Positions 47,310 through 61,449 of a DNA stretch of 64,000 bases are shown piece after piece (the first letter of the stretch is position 1; each line of letters opens with the position of its first letter). Below the pieces are notes generated by a model. It saw only the letters and a program-made list of their open reading frames with translations, was not told the origin of the DNA and did not search any database. Made by a program: the position numbers and the translations under genes. The DNA comes from Isurus oxyrinchus (lineage: Eukaryota): positions 37,758,001 through 37,822,000 of the forward strand of contig JANJGN010000026.1 in the NCBI GenBank assembly GCA_026770705.1, in the 5' to 3' direction.

Positions 47310-49800
47310 ATGCCAATTTCCCACCTATGGAGTGGTATGTGTAGGCAGATGGAGGGCATTGTGTTCCCATATGCTTGTTGCCCTTGTTATTCTGGGAGGT
47401 GGAGGTCACAGGTATGGAAGGTGTTGTTGAAGAGGCCTTGGCGAGTTGCTGCAGTGCATCTTGTGGATGGTACACACTGCAGCCACTGTGTGTCGGTGGC
47501 TAAGAGAGTGAATGTTTAACTGCTGGATAAGGAGCTTATCAAGGGGTTGATTTCCCTTGGTTGGTGTGGAGGTTCTTGAGTATTGCTGCAGCGACATTCG
47601 TCAAGGAAAGGAAACAATTTCTAACAGGTATCTGACTTGCAGATTTGCAGATGGTGGAAAGGCTTCGGGGAATCCGGAGGTGAATTATTCGTCACAGGAT
47701 TCCCAACCTCTGACCTACTCTTGTAGCCACAGTATTTATATGGCTGGTCCAGTTCAGTTTCTGCTCAATGGCACCTGCACATCGTTGATGGTGGGTTTCA
47801 ACGACGGTAATGTCTTTTGAACATCAAGCGGAGATGTTTGGTTTCTTCATAGTTGGAGTTCATCATTGCCTGGCACTTGTATGCCACTAATATCACTTGC
47901 AACTTATCAATGCAAACTTGTCCAGTTCGAGAAGCAGTAAGTAAGGACGGTTTCATTATCTGAGAGGTCATAAATGGAACTGAACTCTGTGAAAATATGA
48001 GCAAACATCCCCACTCCTGACCCGGTGCTGAAGGGAAGGACATTGATCAAGCTGCTGAAGATGGTTGGACCAACAACACTTCTCTGAGAGACTCCTGGAA
48101 CTGGTGCTGAGATGATTAGTCTCCAACAACCACAACATCTTCATATGCGCTAGGTGTGACTCCAGCCAGTGGAGAGACTTGCTCCTGATTCCCGTTGACC
48201 TGACACTTTCCAAGCTTCTTATTGCCACACTCAGTTAATAGCTACTTTCACATCAAGTACTGAAACACTCATACATCATGTCTGGAAGTTCGCTCTCTTG
48301 TCCATGTTCAGACCAAGTTTGCAATGAGCTTTGATGCTGGCTGATCCGGGTGGATCCAGTCTGAGCTTTGGTGGGCAGGTCAGCGACACCTTCAGTCACT
48401 TTACTGATGATTGAGAGTAGACTGATTGAGCTGCAAGGAGACAGACCTGATCTGTTGTCCATTATGTACAGCGCTCTATCTTTACACTATGGTTCATCAT
48501 TTTCAGGTATGCCTGGTCTTGCTTCTGACCTGCTGGCCTACATTCCTCATTGTTCCTAGACTGGATGTTAGACTCATAGACTCATTGACGTTTACAGCGC
48601 AGATGGGGGCCATTCGGCCCATCATTTCCGCCCCGGTAAAAAAAGATCTGACTACACTAATCCCATTTTCCCGCGCTTGGCCCATAGCCCTGGAGCTATG
48701 GCAGCTTAAGTGAACATTTAAATCTTTCTTAAATGTTACTAGAGTTTCTGATTCAACCACCCTTTCGGGCAGTGAGTTCCAAATTTCTACCACCCTCTGG
48801 GTGAAAAAGATTCTCCTTAACTCCCCTCTTAGCTTTCTACCTCTTATCTAAAATCTCTGCTCTCTGGTTTTTGACCTCTCTACTAATGGAAAAGGTGCCT
48901 TCCTATCCACCCTACCTATGCCCTTCAACAGCCCGTCAACCATCGTTGCTCCAAGGAAAACAGCCCAGCCTATCCAATCTTTCCTCAGAGTTCAGATGTT
49001 CCAGCCCAGACAGCATCTAGGTAAATCTTCTCTGCACTCTCTCCAGTGCAGTCACATACTTCCTAGAACTGTGGTGACCAGAACTGCAGTAGTGCTCCAG
49101 TTGTGGCCTAACCAACGTTTTATACAGTTCCAGCATAAGCTCCCTGCTCTTGTGTTTTATGCCTCAGCTAATAAAGGCAAGTAACCCATATGCCTTCTTA
49201 ACCACCTCATCTACCTGCTCTGCTACCTTTAGGAATCCCTGGATATGCACACTAAGGTTTGAGTGAGGGATATTCTGGTCCATGAGGTTACAGGGTGTGA
49301 TTGAATGCAACTATCTTGCTGTAAATGACCAACAGTATCTCGTTGATGCTAAGTTTTGAGCTGCTAGATCTGTTCTGAATGTATCCCGTTTAGCACAGTG
49401 GCAGTGCCGCACAACACAATGGAGAATGTGCTCAGTGTGAATACCGGCCTGGGTTTCCGCAAGGACAGTGCAGGGGTCAATCACATTTATATCAATAGTG
49501 TGGTGGGACGGAGATCAGGTAAGGGTTTCCCTCGTGTTGGCTCTCTAACCATCTGTGGCAGATCCATCCTGCCAGATACATCATTCAGGACTCATCCAGC
49601 TCCGGCATTCTTGGTCTTGTCAAATGGTAATTGATTTTGCAAATTCACAGCATATTCGTTGCCCTTGCTACCCTCAGTGTTTCTTCCACGCAGTGCTAAA
49701 GATGAAGGAGTACAGATTCATCAGCTGAGGGAGGGCAATAGGTGGTAGTCACCAGGATGTATCTCCACCCAGATCTTATCTGGTTCTGTGGGACTTCAAT
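47310..49800 (-). mobile_element. LINE (second family) interrupted by a CR1-like insertion at ~48575-49260
   Basis: ISLLSIISKVTE and LHWLESHLAH RT remnants; EIWNSLPERVVESETL in the inserted CR1. Confidence 0.7.
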
Positions 49801-51200
49801 ATGGTGTCAATATTGCTGCATTCCACCGTGTTTCTGTTAATATTACACTCAGCCTATCTCATTGTTACTGCTCTAGTCCGTGATTCTGTTTCTGTAATAC
49901 TAGATCCTGTCTCAGTATTGCTGCTCTCCATCAAGCCTCTGTTGATACTACACTGGGCCTGTCTCATTGTTGCTGCTCTAGTTCATGTTTCTGTTTCTGT
50001 AACACTGGACTCTGTCTCAGTTATTGCTGCTCTCCACCATGTCTCTGGTAATATTTTACTGGGCCTGTCTCTTTGTTACTGTTCTAGTCCATGTTTCTGT
50101 TTCTGTAACATTAGGTCCTGTCTTAGATATTTATGTAATTGTCCTCTGTTTATATTACATTAGTGTATTCCCTTACTTTATTGCACTAGAGCCTGAAAAT
50201 AGGAGTTAAATGGTTTAATTTAAACAGCTGCAATATAAGAGAGGTCTGTGGATCATGAACACAAATCTGGGATGCAGGGAGGACAAGTCATAACATCTAA
50301 ACAGGCCCCCATGTTAATTGCTCCCACCATCTTGCTGCCTTATCTTCACTATTTCCACCCCAGCCAATTTCCACATTATGGCACGTGTGTAGTGCAGTAA
50401 TAACAGAGGCAGGGTCTAATGTAATTTAAATACAGATATGATCTAGCACAGAACTGAGACAGTGGCTACTGAAATACAGAGACAGTTCTAGATGAATATA
50501 TACAGAGACAGGTCAATTATAATATAAACAGAGACAAGGCCTTGTTTAATATAAGCAAAGACAGGATCTAGAGTAATATAAACAGAAATGGGGTCCAGTT
50601 TAATATAAATAGAGACAGAGTCTAGTGTATTATAAACATACAGAGCCCAGTTTAATATAAACAGCGGCATGACCTAGTGCAATATAAACAGAGACCGGAT
50701 CTAACGTAATATAAACAGATACAGCATCTAGTGCAAAATAAACAAAGGCATGTCGAGTATAATATTAACAGAGACATGCCGAGTGTAATATAAACACTGA
50801 CATATCAAGTGTACTACAAACAGGGGCAGAGACTAGTATAATATAAACAGAGACACGGTTTAATGTAATATAAACCAAAATAGGGATCAGTGCAACATAA
50901 ATAGAAACAGGGTCTAGTGTAATATAAACCAGGGCAGGGCCTAGTGCAATATAAACAGAGACAGCGTCTCATGCAATATAAACAGAGGCATGTCGAATAT
51001 AAGGAGACATGTTGAGTGTCATATAAACACGGGCAGGGCCAAGTGCAATGTAAACAGAGACACCATCTAGTGCAATATAAACAGATACATTTCAGATGCA
51101 ATATAAACAGGGACAGGGCCTAGTGCAATACAAACAGAGGCAGGGTCAACTGTAATATAAACAGAGACAGGGTCACGGTCGAATGCAATATCAAGACAGG
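49800..51200. repeat. 27-bp monomer satellite (+ sense 49800-50190; inverted 50390-51200)
   Basis: Unit ctagtgcaatataaacagagacagggt; its reverse complement matches the 53.4-63.4-kb satellite subunits. Confidence 0.85.
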
Positions 51201-51204
51201 GTCT

Positions 51205-52195
51205 ACTGTCCCATCAAACACTCCTAGGACAGGTGCAGCATGGGACTAGGCACTGAATTTAAAGCTACCTCTACATTGTCACATTGAACAGTCCCAGAGA
51301 AGTTGCAGCATGGGTTAGAGAGAGAGAAACTCCCTCGACACTGGGACCATGAAACATTCCCGGGGCAGGTACAGCAAAGGTTAGATACGGTTGGACACGG
51401 TCTAGTGTAATGCATAAACAAGGCCCACGGCTCCATCAAACAACCCCAGGACAGGTGTAGCATGGGGCTACATTAATGATGTAAAGTTCCCTCTACATTG
51501 CCACATGAAAATCTCCCAATGCAGGTATAGCACAGGTTAGATTCAGAGTGAATCTCCCTCGACACTGTCACCATCAAACATTTCCAGGACAGGTGCAGCA
51601 CAGTTCAGAAACAGGGTAAAACTTCCTCTACATTGTCTGCTCAAACACTGTTGAGGCATGTAAGGTTACATGCAGTGTAAGGTTTCCTCTGCACACTTCA
51701 TCAGACATTTCCCAGGTAGCTCGACACTGGGGACAGGTAAAGAGGAAAGCTGCCTCTGAACCATCACATCAGGTATTTCCAGGGCTTAGATAGGGGCAAA
51801 TCCCCGTTTACAGTGTCTACAGCCATGTCAAATATAGCGTAGTTTAGATGCAGAGTGAAGCTCCCTCTAAACGGCCCTATCAATCAGGTATAGCACAGTT
51901 TAGATACAGAGTAAATCTCCCTCTACACAGTCGTATCAAACACTCCCAGGGCTGTCACAGTGCAGGTTAGGTGCAAAGTAAAGCTCCCTCTACACTGTCC
52001 CATCAGACACGCCAAAGGCAGGAACAGCACGGGTTAGATACAGGGAAAGGTCCTTCGGCATGGCCACATCAAATCTACCCTCTTGGCTGCAACACAGGTT
52101 AGATACAGAGTAAAGTTTCATCTGCAGTTTCCCACCAAGCACTCTCAAGTCAGTGAATGCTCAAAACAGATTTAGAATAAAGTTCCCTCTACGGA
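51205..52195. repeat. ~66-67-bp satellite (degenerate copies also at ~34480-34710 and ~35330-35460)
   Basis: Unit caggtacagcacgggttagatacagagtaaagctccctctacactgtcccatcaaacactcccagg. Confidence 0.85.
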
Positions 52196-55100
52196 TTATA
52201 ATCCATTTCATTTGATCAATTTAGTTTGAAGTGTATGAATCGGGCTGATAAAATATATTGGCTAGACATTGACTTCATGTTGTGGAGTAAAGACAGTGAC
52301 CCATGGTGGAGAGACAAGACAAAGTACCAGAGAGGAGAGACAGAGAGAGAGTGAGGATACAGGACATCCCTACAAACACATTTGCCATGACATTATATTT
52401 CATGATCAGTGGGAATCTTACTTAATTCTGAACATAGATATCATCGTGACATAATTCTCATATAACTGATTTTAAAAATGCCCAAAAACAATTGCTACTG
52501 AAATCGGTTGATGTATTTGCATGTTTGACTCTATTTCTGTGCTCTATTGATGGGGAAATATTTGCTGTGCTTTTGTGTATCCAGAATCTAATCTGGGACT
52601 TCTATTTCTGTGTTTATTTACATAAATGCCTCATTGGTTTCAATGAAGTGTTCATGGCAGCAAAACCAGATAAACACAGACACTTATTGATTGGTTTCAA
52701 CTCAAAACAAAGGTTTATTTTAAGAATATTGACAGTTGGTATAAAATTAATAGAAACATTTTCAACATCCATTAGAACAGATGTTATTTATTTCAAATAA
52801 TTAAAAATACATTTAAATTAATAATTCAATTCTGAAAGTTCTACTGTCACAATCAATGATGAATATTTGAACAGGCTGGGATTACACTCAATGTCAATTT
52901 GTTGGAAGATTTAACTGATTAAAAATTGATAATTTAAAACAGCAGCCACAGGAGCGACCTATAATCATATTAATCTCAGCGTTTTCAACATATCACAACT
53001 AGCATTTTAAAATGTTAACATTTAGGAAGAATTTACATTTATAGAATGCAGCTTGTGACCCCAGGACGTCCTAAAGCCCTTGAAATTTGTTGATGTACAT
53101 TTGTTGAAGTTTTGTCACTGCTGTAATATTGGAAATCCATCCGGTGATTTGTGCACAGCAAGCTCCCACGAATAGAGCTGCGAAAAATGATGAGATAATA
53201 TGTGATTTTAGTTGAAGAATGAATACTGGACTAGGATAGTGGGGAGAACAGTCCTGCTCTATAGATTGGTACTAAGGGAGATGTTGCACCTGTCATCGGC
53301 CTGAACGTTTGACCTGTTTCTCTATCTATTGATGCCCACTGACCTGCTGAGTGGTTATTTTTTGCCCTGTCTTAGATTTCCCAAACATGCAGTATTTTGC
53401 AGTGTTTTAATTCGTTCTTGGGATATGGCGTCAATGATGAAGTAATTCTTGCACTTGGCCCTGTCTCAGTTTATTCTAGTCCAGACCATATATCAGGAAT
53501 CACTGCACTAGACACTGTCTCAGTTTATATTAATTTAGACCCTGTATCATTAATCGCTGCAGTGGACCCTGTCTCAGTTTACATTAATCTATACCCTGTG
53601 TCAGTCATTTCTGCACTGGACATTGAGTTTATATTAATCTACACCCTGCATCAGTTTATATTGATCAAGCCCCTTTTTCAGTAATCACTGCACTTGTCAC
53701 TGTTCTGGTTATAATAAACTGCACACTGAATCTATAATCACTGCACTTGGCCCTCTCTACAGTTTCTATTAACCTAGACCCTGTATCAGTAATCACTGCA
53801 GTAGGCCCTGCCTCAGTTCATATTTATCTTGGCCCTGTATCAGTAATCACTGCACTGGACATTGTCTGAGTTTATATTGATTGAGACCCTGTATCAGAAA
53901 TAACTGCACAAGAACCTGTCTCAGTTTATATTAAGCTAGATCCTGTGCTTGTAATCACTACACTAGAGCACGCCTCAGTTTACATTAATCTGGATCCTGT
54001 ATCAGTAATCACCGCCCTACGCTCTGTCTCAGTTTATATTAATCCAGACCCTGTATCAATAATGACTGCACTGGACACTGTTTCAGTTTATATTGATCCA
54101 GACCCTGTATCAGTAATCCTGGCATTGGAGCCTGTCTCATCTTAAATAAATCAAACCCTGTATAATAATCAGTGCAATGACCACCCTCACTTTATATTGT
54201 TCTAGACCCCGTATCAGTAATCACTGCACTAGCCGCTGTCCTCGATTTTATTTATCTTGGCCCTGCGACACTAGTCACTGCACTATGGCCTGCCTTAGTT
54301 TATATCAATCCAGGTCCTGTATCAGTAATAACTTCGCTGGACCCTGTCTCCATTTACATGAGTCCAGACCCTATACCAGTAATCACTGCACTGGCCCCTA
54401 TCCCAGTTTATATTTATGTCAACCGTGTATCAGTAATCACTGCATTCGTCCCTGTCTCTGTTTATATTGATCTGGACGCTGTGCCAGTAATCACTGCACT
54501 GGACCCAGCATCTGTTTATATCAATCCATATCCTGTATCAGTAATCACTGCACTAGACCTTATCTCAGTTTAAATGAGTCCAGAACCTGTATCAGTAATA
54601 ACAGATCTAGAGAATGCTTCCACTTATTTTAGTCCAAACACTGTAACAGTAATCACTGCACTAGCCCCTGTCCCAGTTTATAGTTATCTAGACCATAGAT
54701 CAGTAATCACTGCACAATGCCCAGTGTCAGCTTCTGTCAAGCTACAGCCTGTATCAGGAATCACTGCACTAGACCCCATCTCAGTTTATATTAATCAAGA
54801 CCCTGTATCAGTAATCACTCTACTGGACACTGCCTCAGTTTATGTTGATCGAGACCATGTATCAGTAATCACTGCACTAGACCCTGTCTCAGTGTATATT
54901 AGCCCTAGAGCCTTGTTCATTTATTACTGCAATATGGCCTGCTTCAGTTCAGTAATTACTTCAATGGACACTGTCTCAGTTTATATTGACCCTGATCCTG
55001 TATCATTAATCAATGCACTAGCCTCAGTCCTGCATTATATTTACCTTGGCCCTGCATCAGTAATCACTGCACTAGGCTCTGTCTCAGTTTACATTAATCT

Positions 55101-58100
55101 AGACCCTGTATCAGTAATCACTGAACTATGTCCTACCTCTGTTTTTATCGTCTAGACCCTATATCAGTAATCATCACACTAGGCTCTGTCTCAGTTTATA
55201 TTAATTTAGACCCTGTTTCGATAATCACTGCACTGGACACTGTTTCAGTTTATATTGAACCAGACCTTACTTCAGTTTTCATTGAACTGGACCCTGTCTC
55301 AGATTCTATTGATCTAGACCCTGTATTAGTAATGAATGCACTGGACATTGTCTGAGTTTATATTGATCAGGACCATGTATCAGTAAACACTGCACTAGAA
55401 CCTGTCTCAGTTTCTATTAATCTGGTCATCTATGTCGTTTATATAAATGACAAATAATAGGGGACCCAGCACAGATCCCTGTGCTACGCCACTGGACACT
55501 GGCTTCCAGTAACTAAAGCATCCTTCTGTCATCATCCTCTGTCTCCTACAACAAAGCCAATTTTTAAATTATATTCTGCCCTGTCTCAGTTTTTATTAAT
55601 CTAGACCCTGTATCAGTAAACACCCTACTAGGCCTTGTCTCAGTTTACATTAATTTAGAGCCTGCATCAGTAATCACTGCACTGTGCCCTCCGCAGTTTA
55701 TATTAATCAAGACCCTGTGTCAGTAATCACTGCTCTGGATACTGCCTCAATTTATATTGAGCGAGGCCATGTATCAGTCATCTCTACACTAGACCTGTCT
55801 CAGATTATATTAATCTAGACCCTGTATCTGTAATCTCTGTTCTTGAGGCTCTCTCAGTCAATATTAATCTAGCCTCTGTAACATTAATCGCTGCAGTAGG
55901 CCCTGTCTCAGTTTTTATTAATCAAGACCCTGTATCAGTATTCACTGCAGTAGAAACTGTCTCAGTTGATATTGATCTAGACCCTGTCTCAGTTCATATG
56001 GATCTTGGTCCCACATCTGTTATATCTGCACTAGACTCTGTCTCACTTTACATTAGCCCAGTCCTTCTATCAGTAATCACTGCACTAGATCCAGTCTCAG
56101 TTTATAGTAATTTAGTCCCTGCAGCAGTAATCACTGCAAGAGCTCCTGTCCCAGTTATATTTATCTAGGCCCTGCATCAATGAATACTTCACACTTTATG
56201 TTGGTTCAGACCCTGTATCAGTAATCACTGCACAAGAGCCTGTCTCAGTTTATATTAATCAAGACCCTGTTTCAGTAATCACTGCATTCAACCCTGTTCT
56301 AGCAATAATAATTTGCACCCTGAGCCTAAAAGCACTGCACTGGGCTGTTTCTCAGGTTCAATTAATTTGGACCCTGTATCAGTAATCACTGCATTAGACT
56401 CTGTTCCATTTTATATGCATCCAACCCTGTAACACAAATCATGGCACTCGGCCTTGTCTCAGTTTATATCAATCTAGGCTCTGTATCAGTAATCACTGCA
56501 CTAGATCCTATGTCATTTTATATCAATTTGGACCCTATATCAGCAATCACTGCACTTGAGCCTCTCTGTGTTTATATTAATCTCGGCCCAGTATCGGTAA
56601 TCCCTGCACCATGCCCTGCCTCAGCTTTTTTTTTGAATCTAGACCGTTTCAGTGATCACTGCACTAGGCCCCATCTCAATATCTATATTAACCTAGACCC
56701 TGTATCAGTAATCACTGCCCGAGTCCCTGTGCCAGTTATATTTATCTAGGCCCTGTATCAATGAACACTGCACCAGGCCCTGTCTCAGTTTATGTTAGTT
56801 CAGACCATGGATCAGTAATCACTGCACTCGTCCCTGTTCTGTTTATTATAAACTGCACCCTGAATCTATAATCACTGCACTTGGCCCTCTCTCAGTTTCT
56901 ATTAACCTAGACCCTGTATCAGTAATCACTGCAGTAGTCCCTGCCTCAATTTATATTTAACTCGGCCCGGTATCAGTAATCACTGCTTTGGACATTGTCT
57001 GAGTTTATATTGATTGAGACCCTGTATCAATAATTACTGCACAAGAATCTGTCTCAGTTTATATTAAGATAGATCCTGCATCTGTAATCACTGCACTAGA
57101 GCATGCCTCAGATTTTATAGATCTAGATCCTGTATCAGTAATCAGTGCACTCGGCATTGTCTGAATTTATATTGATTGAGACCCTGTATCAGTAAATGCT
57201 AGACTAGACCCTGTCTCAGTTTATATTAATTTAGTTCCTGTATCAGTAATGACTGCACTAGGCCCTGTCTCAGTTTATATTAATCCAGGCCCTGTATCAA
57301 TAATCGCGGCACTTGGACCTATCTCAGTTTATATTGATCTGGACACTGTATCAGTTATCACTGCACTAGACATTGCCTCAGTTTATATTAATCTAGGCTC
57401 TGTGTCAGTAATCACTGCACTGGACATTGTCTGAGTTAATATTGATTGAGACCATGTGTCAGTAATCACTGCACTGGGCCCTGTCTCAGTTTATATTGAT
57501 CCTGATTCTGTATCGGTAAGCACTGCACCAGACCATGTCTCAATTTAGATTAATCTCGACCCTGTATCAGTAATCCCTGCACTATGCCCTGCCTCAGTTT
57601 TTATTATTCTCGACCCTGCATCTGTAATCATTGCACTAGGCCTGGTCTCAGGTTATATTAATCTACACCCTGTGTCGATCATCAATGCATTAGACCCTGC
57701 ATCATTTTCTATTGATCTAGATTTTGCATCAGTTCTTTCTGCACTAGAGCCTGTCTCAGTTTATATTTATCTGGACCCAGTATCAGTAATCACTGACTAT
57801 GGTCTACCTCAGTTTATATCAGCCTAGACCCTGTATCTGTAATCACTGCACTTCGCAGTGTCTCAGTTTTCACTAATCAAGACCCTGCATCAGCAATCAC
57901 TGCAATGAACACTGTCTCCATATATATTGCTCTAGGCTATCACTGCAATATGCCCTCCCTCAGTTTATATCAAATAGACCCCGTGTCAGTAATCACTGCA
58001 TGAGACCCTGTCACATTTTATATTAACATAGAGCCTGCATTTGTCATCACTACACAATGCCCTGCCTCAGTTTATATCAATCAAGACCCTTTATCCGTAA

Positions 58101-60384
58101 TCACTGCACTAGGCCCTTTCTCCATTGATATTGATCTAGATCTTGTATCAGTAATCACTGCAAAGGACACTGTCTCAGTTTATATTGATCATGATCCTGT
58201 ATCATTAATCACTGCACTAGCCCTTGTCCTGGCTTATATTTATCTAGGCCCTGTCTCAGTTTATATTAATCTGTACCTTGTATCAGCAATCACTGCACTA
58301 TGCCTTGCCTCAGTTTTTTAAAATCAGTCTAGACCCTGTGTCAATAATCACTGCACTAGGCCCTATCAAAGTTTATATTAATTTAGCCCTTGCAGCGGTA
58401 ATCACTGCCCGAGCCCCTGTCCCTGTTATATTTATCTGGACCCTGTGTCAGTGAACAGTGCACCAGGCATTGTCTCAGGTTATGTTAGTTCAGACCGTGT
58501 ATCAGTGATTACTGCACAAGAGCCTGATTCAGTTTATATTAATCAAGGCCCTGTTTCAGTAATCACTGCACTCGTCCCTGTTCTGGTTATAATAATCACT
58601 GCACTTTTCCCTCTCTCAGTTTCTATTAACCTGGACCCTGCATCAGTAATCAATTCAATATGCCCTTTCTTAGTTTATATCAATCTAGTCCCTAAGTCAG
58701 TAATCGCTGCACTAGGCTGTGCTTCAGTTCATATTAATCTAGACCTTGTATCAGTAATCACTGCACTAGACATGATCTTAGTTTTATATTTATCAAGACC
58801 TTGGATCAGTAATCACTGCACTAGACACTGCCTCATGTTATATTAATCCAGACCCTGCATCATTAATCACTGCACTGGACCTTATCTCAGTTTATACTGA
58901 TGTACACCCTGTAACCATAATCACTTCAATGGACACTGTCTCAGTTTATATTGATCCTCATCCTCTATCATTAATCACAGTACTATCCCCTGACCTAGTT
59001 TATATTGCTCTCCTCCCTGTGTCAGTAATCACTGCACTAGGCCCTGCCTCACTTTATATCAACCTAGACCCTCTATTAGTAATCACTGCACTAATCCCTG
59101 TCTCAGTTTATATTGATCTAGACCCTGAATCAGTAATCACTGCACTATGGCCTGCCTCACTTCATATTAATCTGGTCCCTAAATCAGTAATCATTGCATT
59201 AGGCCCTGCCTCAGTTCATATTAATTTAGGCCATGTATCAGTAATCACTGCAATGGGCACTGCCTCAGTTTATACTGACCCTGATCCTGTATCATTAATC
59301 ACTGCACTAGCCTCTCTCCTGCTTTATATTCACCTTGTCCCTGTTTCAGTAATCTCTGCACAATGCCCTGCCTCAGTCTTTATCATCTGGACCCTGTATC
59401 AGTCATCATTGCACTAGGCTCTGTCTCAGTTTATATTAATCTAGACCCTGTATCAGTAATCACTGCACTAGGCTCTGTCTCAGTTTATATTAATCTAGAC
59501 CCTGTATCAGTAATCTCTGCACAATGCCCTGCCTCACTCTTTATCATCTGGACCCTGTATCAGTCATCATTGCACTAGGCTCTGTCTCAGTTTATATTGA
59601 TTCAGACACTGTATCAGTAATCATTGCACTATGGCCTGCCTCAGCTTATATCAATCCAGATTCTGTATAAGTTAACGCTTCGCTCGACCCTGTCTCAATT
59701 TATATTAGTCTACAACCTGTATCAATAATGACAGAGCTAGAAAATGCCTCAGTTTATGAGTCCAGACCATGTATCAGTAATCACTGCACTGGCCCCCATC
59801 CCAGTATATTTTTATATAGACCCTGGATCAGTAATCACTGCGCTAGCCCCTGTTTCTGTTTATATTGATCTAGACCCTGTGTCAGTAATCACTGCACTAG
59901 ACCCAGCATCAGTTTATATCAATCTAAACCCTCTAGCAGTAATCACTGCACTTGGCCTGTCTCAAGTTCTATTAATCTAGACCCTGTATCAGTAATCACT
60001 GCACTCGACCCTATCTCAGTTTATATTGATTTAGGCCATGCATCATAATCAGTGCAATGGACACTGTCGCATTTTATATTAATCGAGGCCCTGTATCAGT
60101 AATCACTGTACTATGCCAGGACTCCATTTATATCAATCCCTATCCTGTATCAGTAATCACTGCACTAGACCTTAACTCAGTTTATATTAGTCCAGAACCT
60201 GTATCAGTATTGACAGAACTAGGGAATGCCTCAGTTTATTTTAGTCCAGACACTGTAACAGTGATCATTGCACTAGCCCCTGTCCCAGTTTATATTTATC
60301 TAGACCCTGTATCAATGATCACTGCACAATGTCCTATCTCAGTTTATATCAAGTCAGAGCCTGTATCAGTAATCGCAGCACCAT

Positions 60385-60721
60385 AATAAAAGCAAAAAAC
60401 TGCGGATGCTGGAAATCCAAAACAAAAACAAAAATACCTGGAAAAACTCAGCAGAACAGGCAGCATCTGGGGAGAGGAACACAGTTAACGTTTCAAGTCC
60501 GCATGACTCTTCAACAGAACTAAGGAAAAATAGAAAAGGGGTGAAATATATCTTATTAGCTTATATCCCACCATACCCCCTTGAATCAGTTTATATTTCA
60601 CCCATTTTCTATTTTTCCTTTGTTCTGTTGAAGAGTCATGCAGACTTGAAACATTAACTGTGTTCCTCTCCACAGATGCTGCCAGACCTGCTGAGTTTTT
60701 CCAGATATTTTTGTTTTTGTT
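60385..60721. mobile_element. Penelope inverted pLTR pair inserted in the satellite
   Basis: Arms ~60419-60550 and ~60592-60721 are reverse complements. Confidence 0.8.
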
Positions 60722-61449
60722 ATCGTAGCACTATACTCCGTCTCAGTTTATATTAATCAAGACCCTGTTTCAGTAATCACTCTACTGGACACTGCCTCCT
60801 TTTATATTGATCTAGACCATGGATCAGTAATCATAGCACTTGGTCCTGTCTCAGTTTATATTAGTCTAGATCCTTTATGAGTAATCATTGCACTAGCCCT
60901 TGCATCAGTTTATATCAACCTAGACCCGGTAATAGTAATCACTGCACTTGGCTGCATCTCAAGTTTTATTAATCTAGACCCTGTATCACTAATCACTGCA
61001 CTGGACACTCTCTCAGTTTATATTGATCTACCCACTGTATCAGTAATCATTTCTCTAGTCCCTGTCCTAGTTTATTTTTATCTCAGCCCTCTATGAATAA
61101 TCACCGCACTATGGCTTGCCTCAATGTATATCAACCTAGACCCTGTATCAGGGCATTGTCTGAATTTATATTGATCAAGATCCTGTATCAATAAACACTG
61201 GATCAGACCTTTTCCCAGTTTATATTAATCTAAATCCTGTGTCTGTAATCACTGCACTCGAGCATGTCTCAGTTCATATTAATCTAGATCCTGTATCAGT
61301 TATCACTGCACGTGAGCCTGTCTCAGTTTACATTAATCTAGACAATGTATCAGTAAGCATTGCACTAGGCCCTGTCTCAGTTCATGATAATCTAGACCCT
61401 TCATTAGTAAGCACTGCACTAGGCACTGTCTCAGTTTATATCAATCTGG

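Noticed and set aside
40600-50000. Additional V segments (TCR-delta-like or IgW) or germline-joined VDJ
   Set aside because: No further WxxQ/YYC motifs with RSS seen; V, D1, D2 and J are all separate with their RSSs intact.
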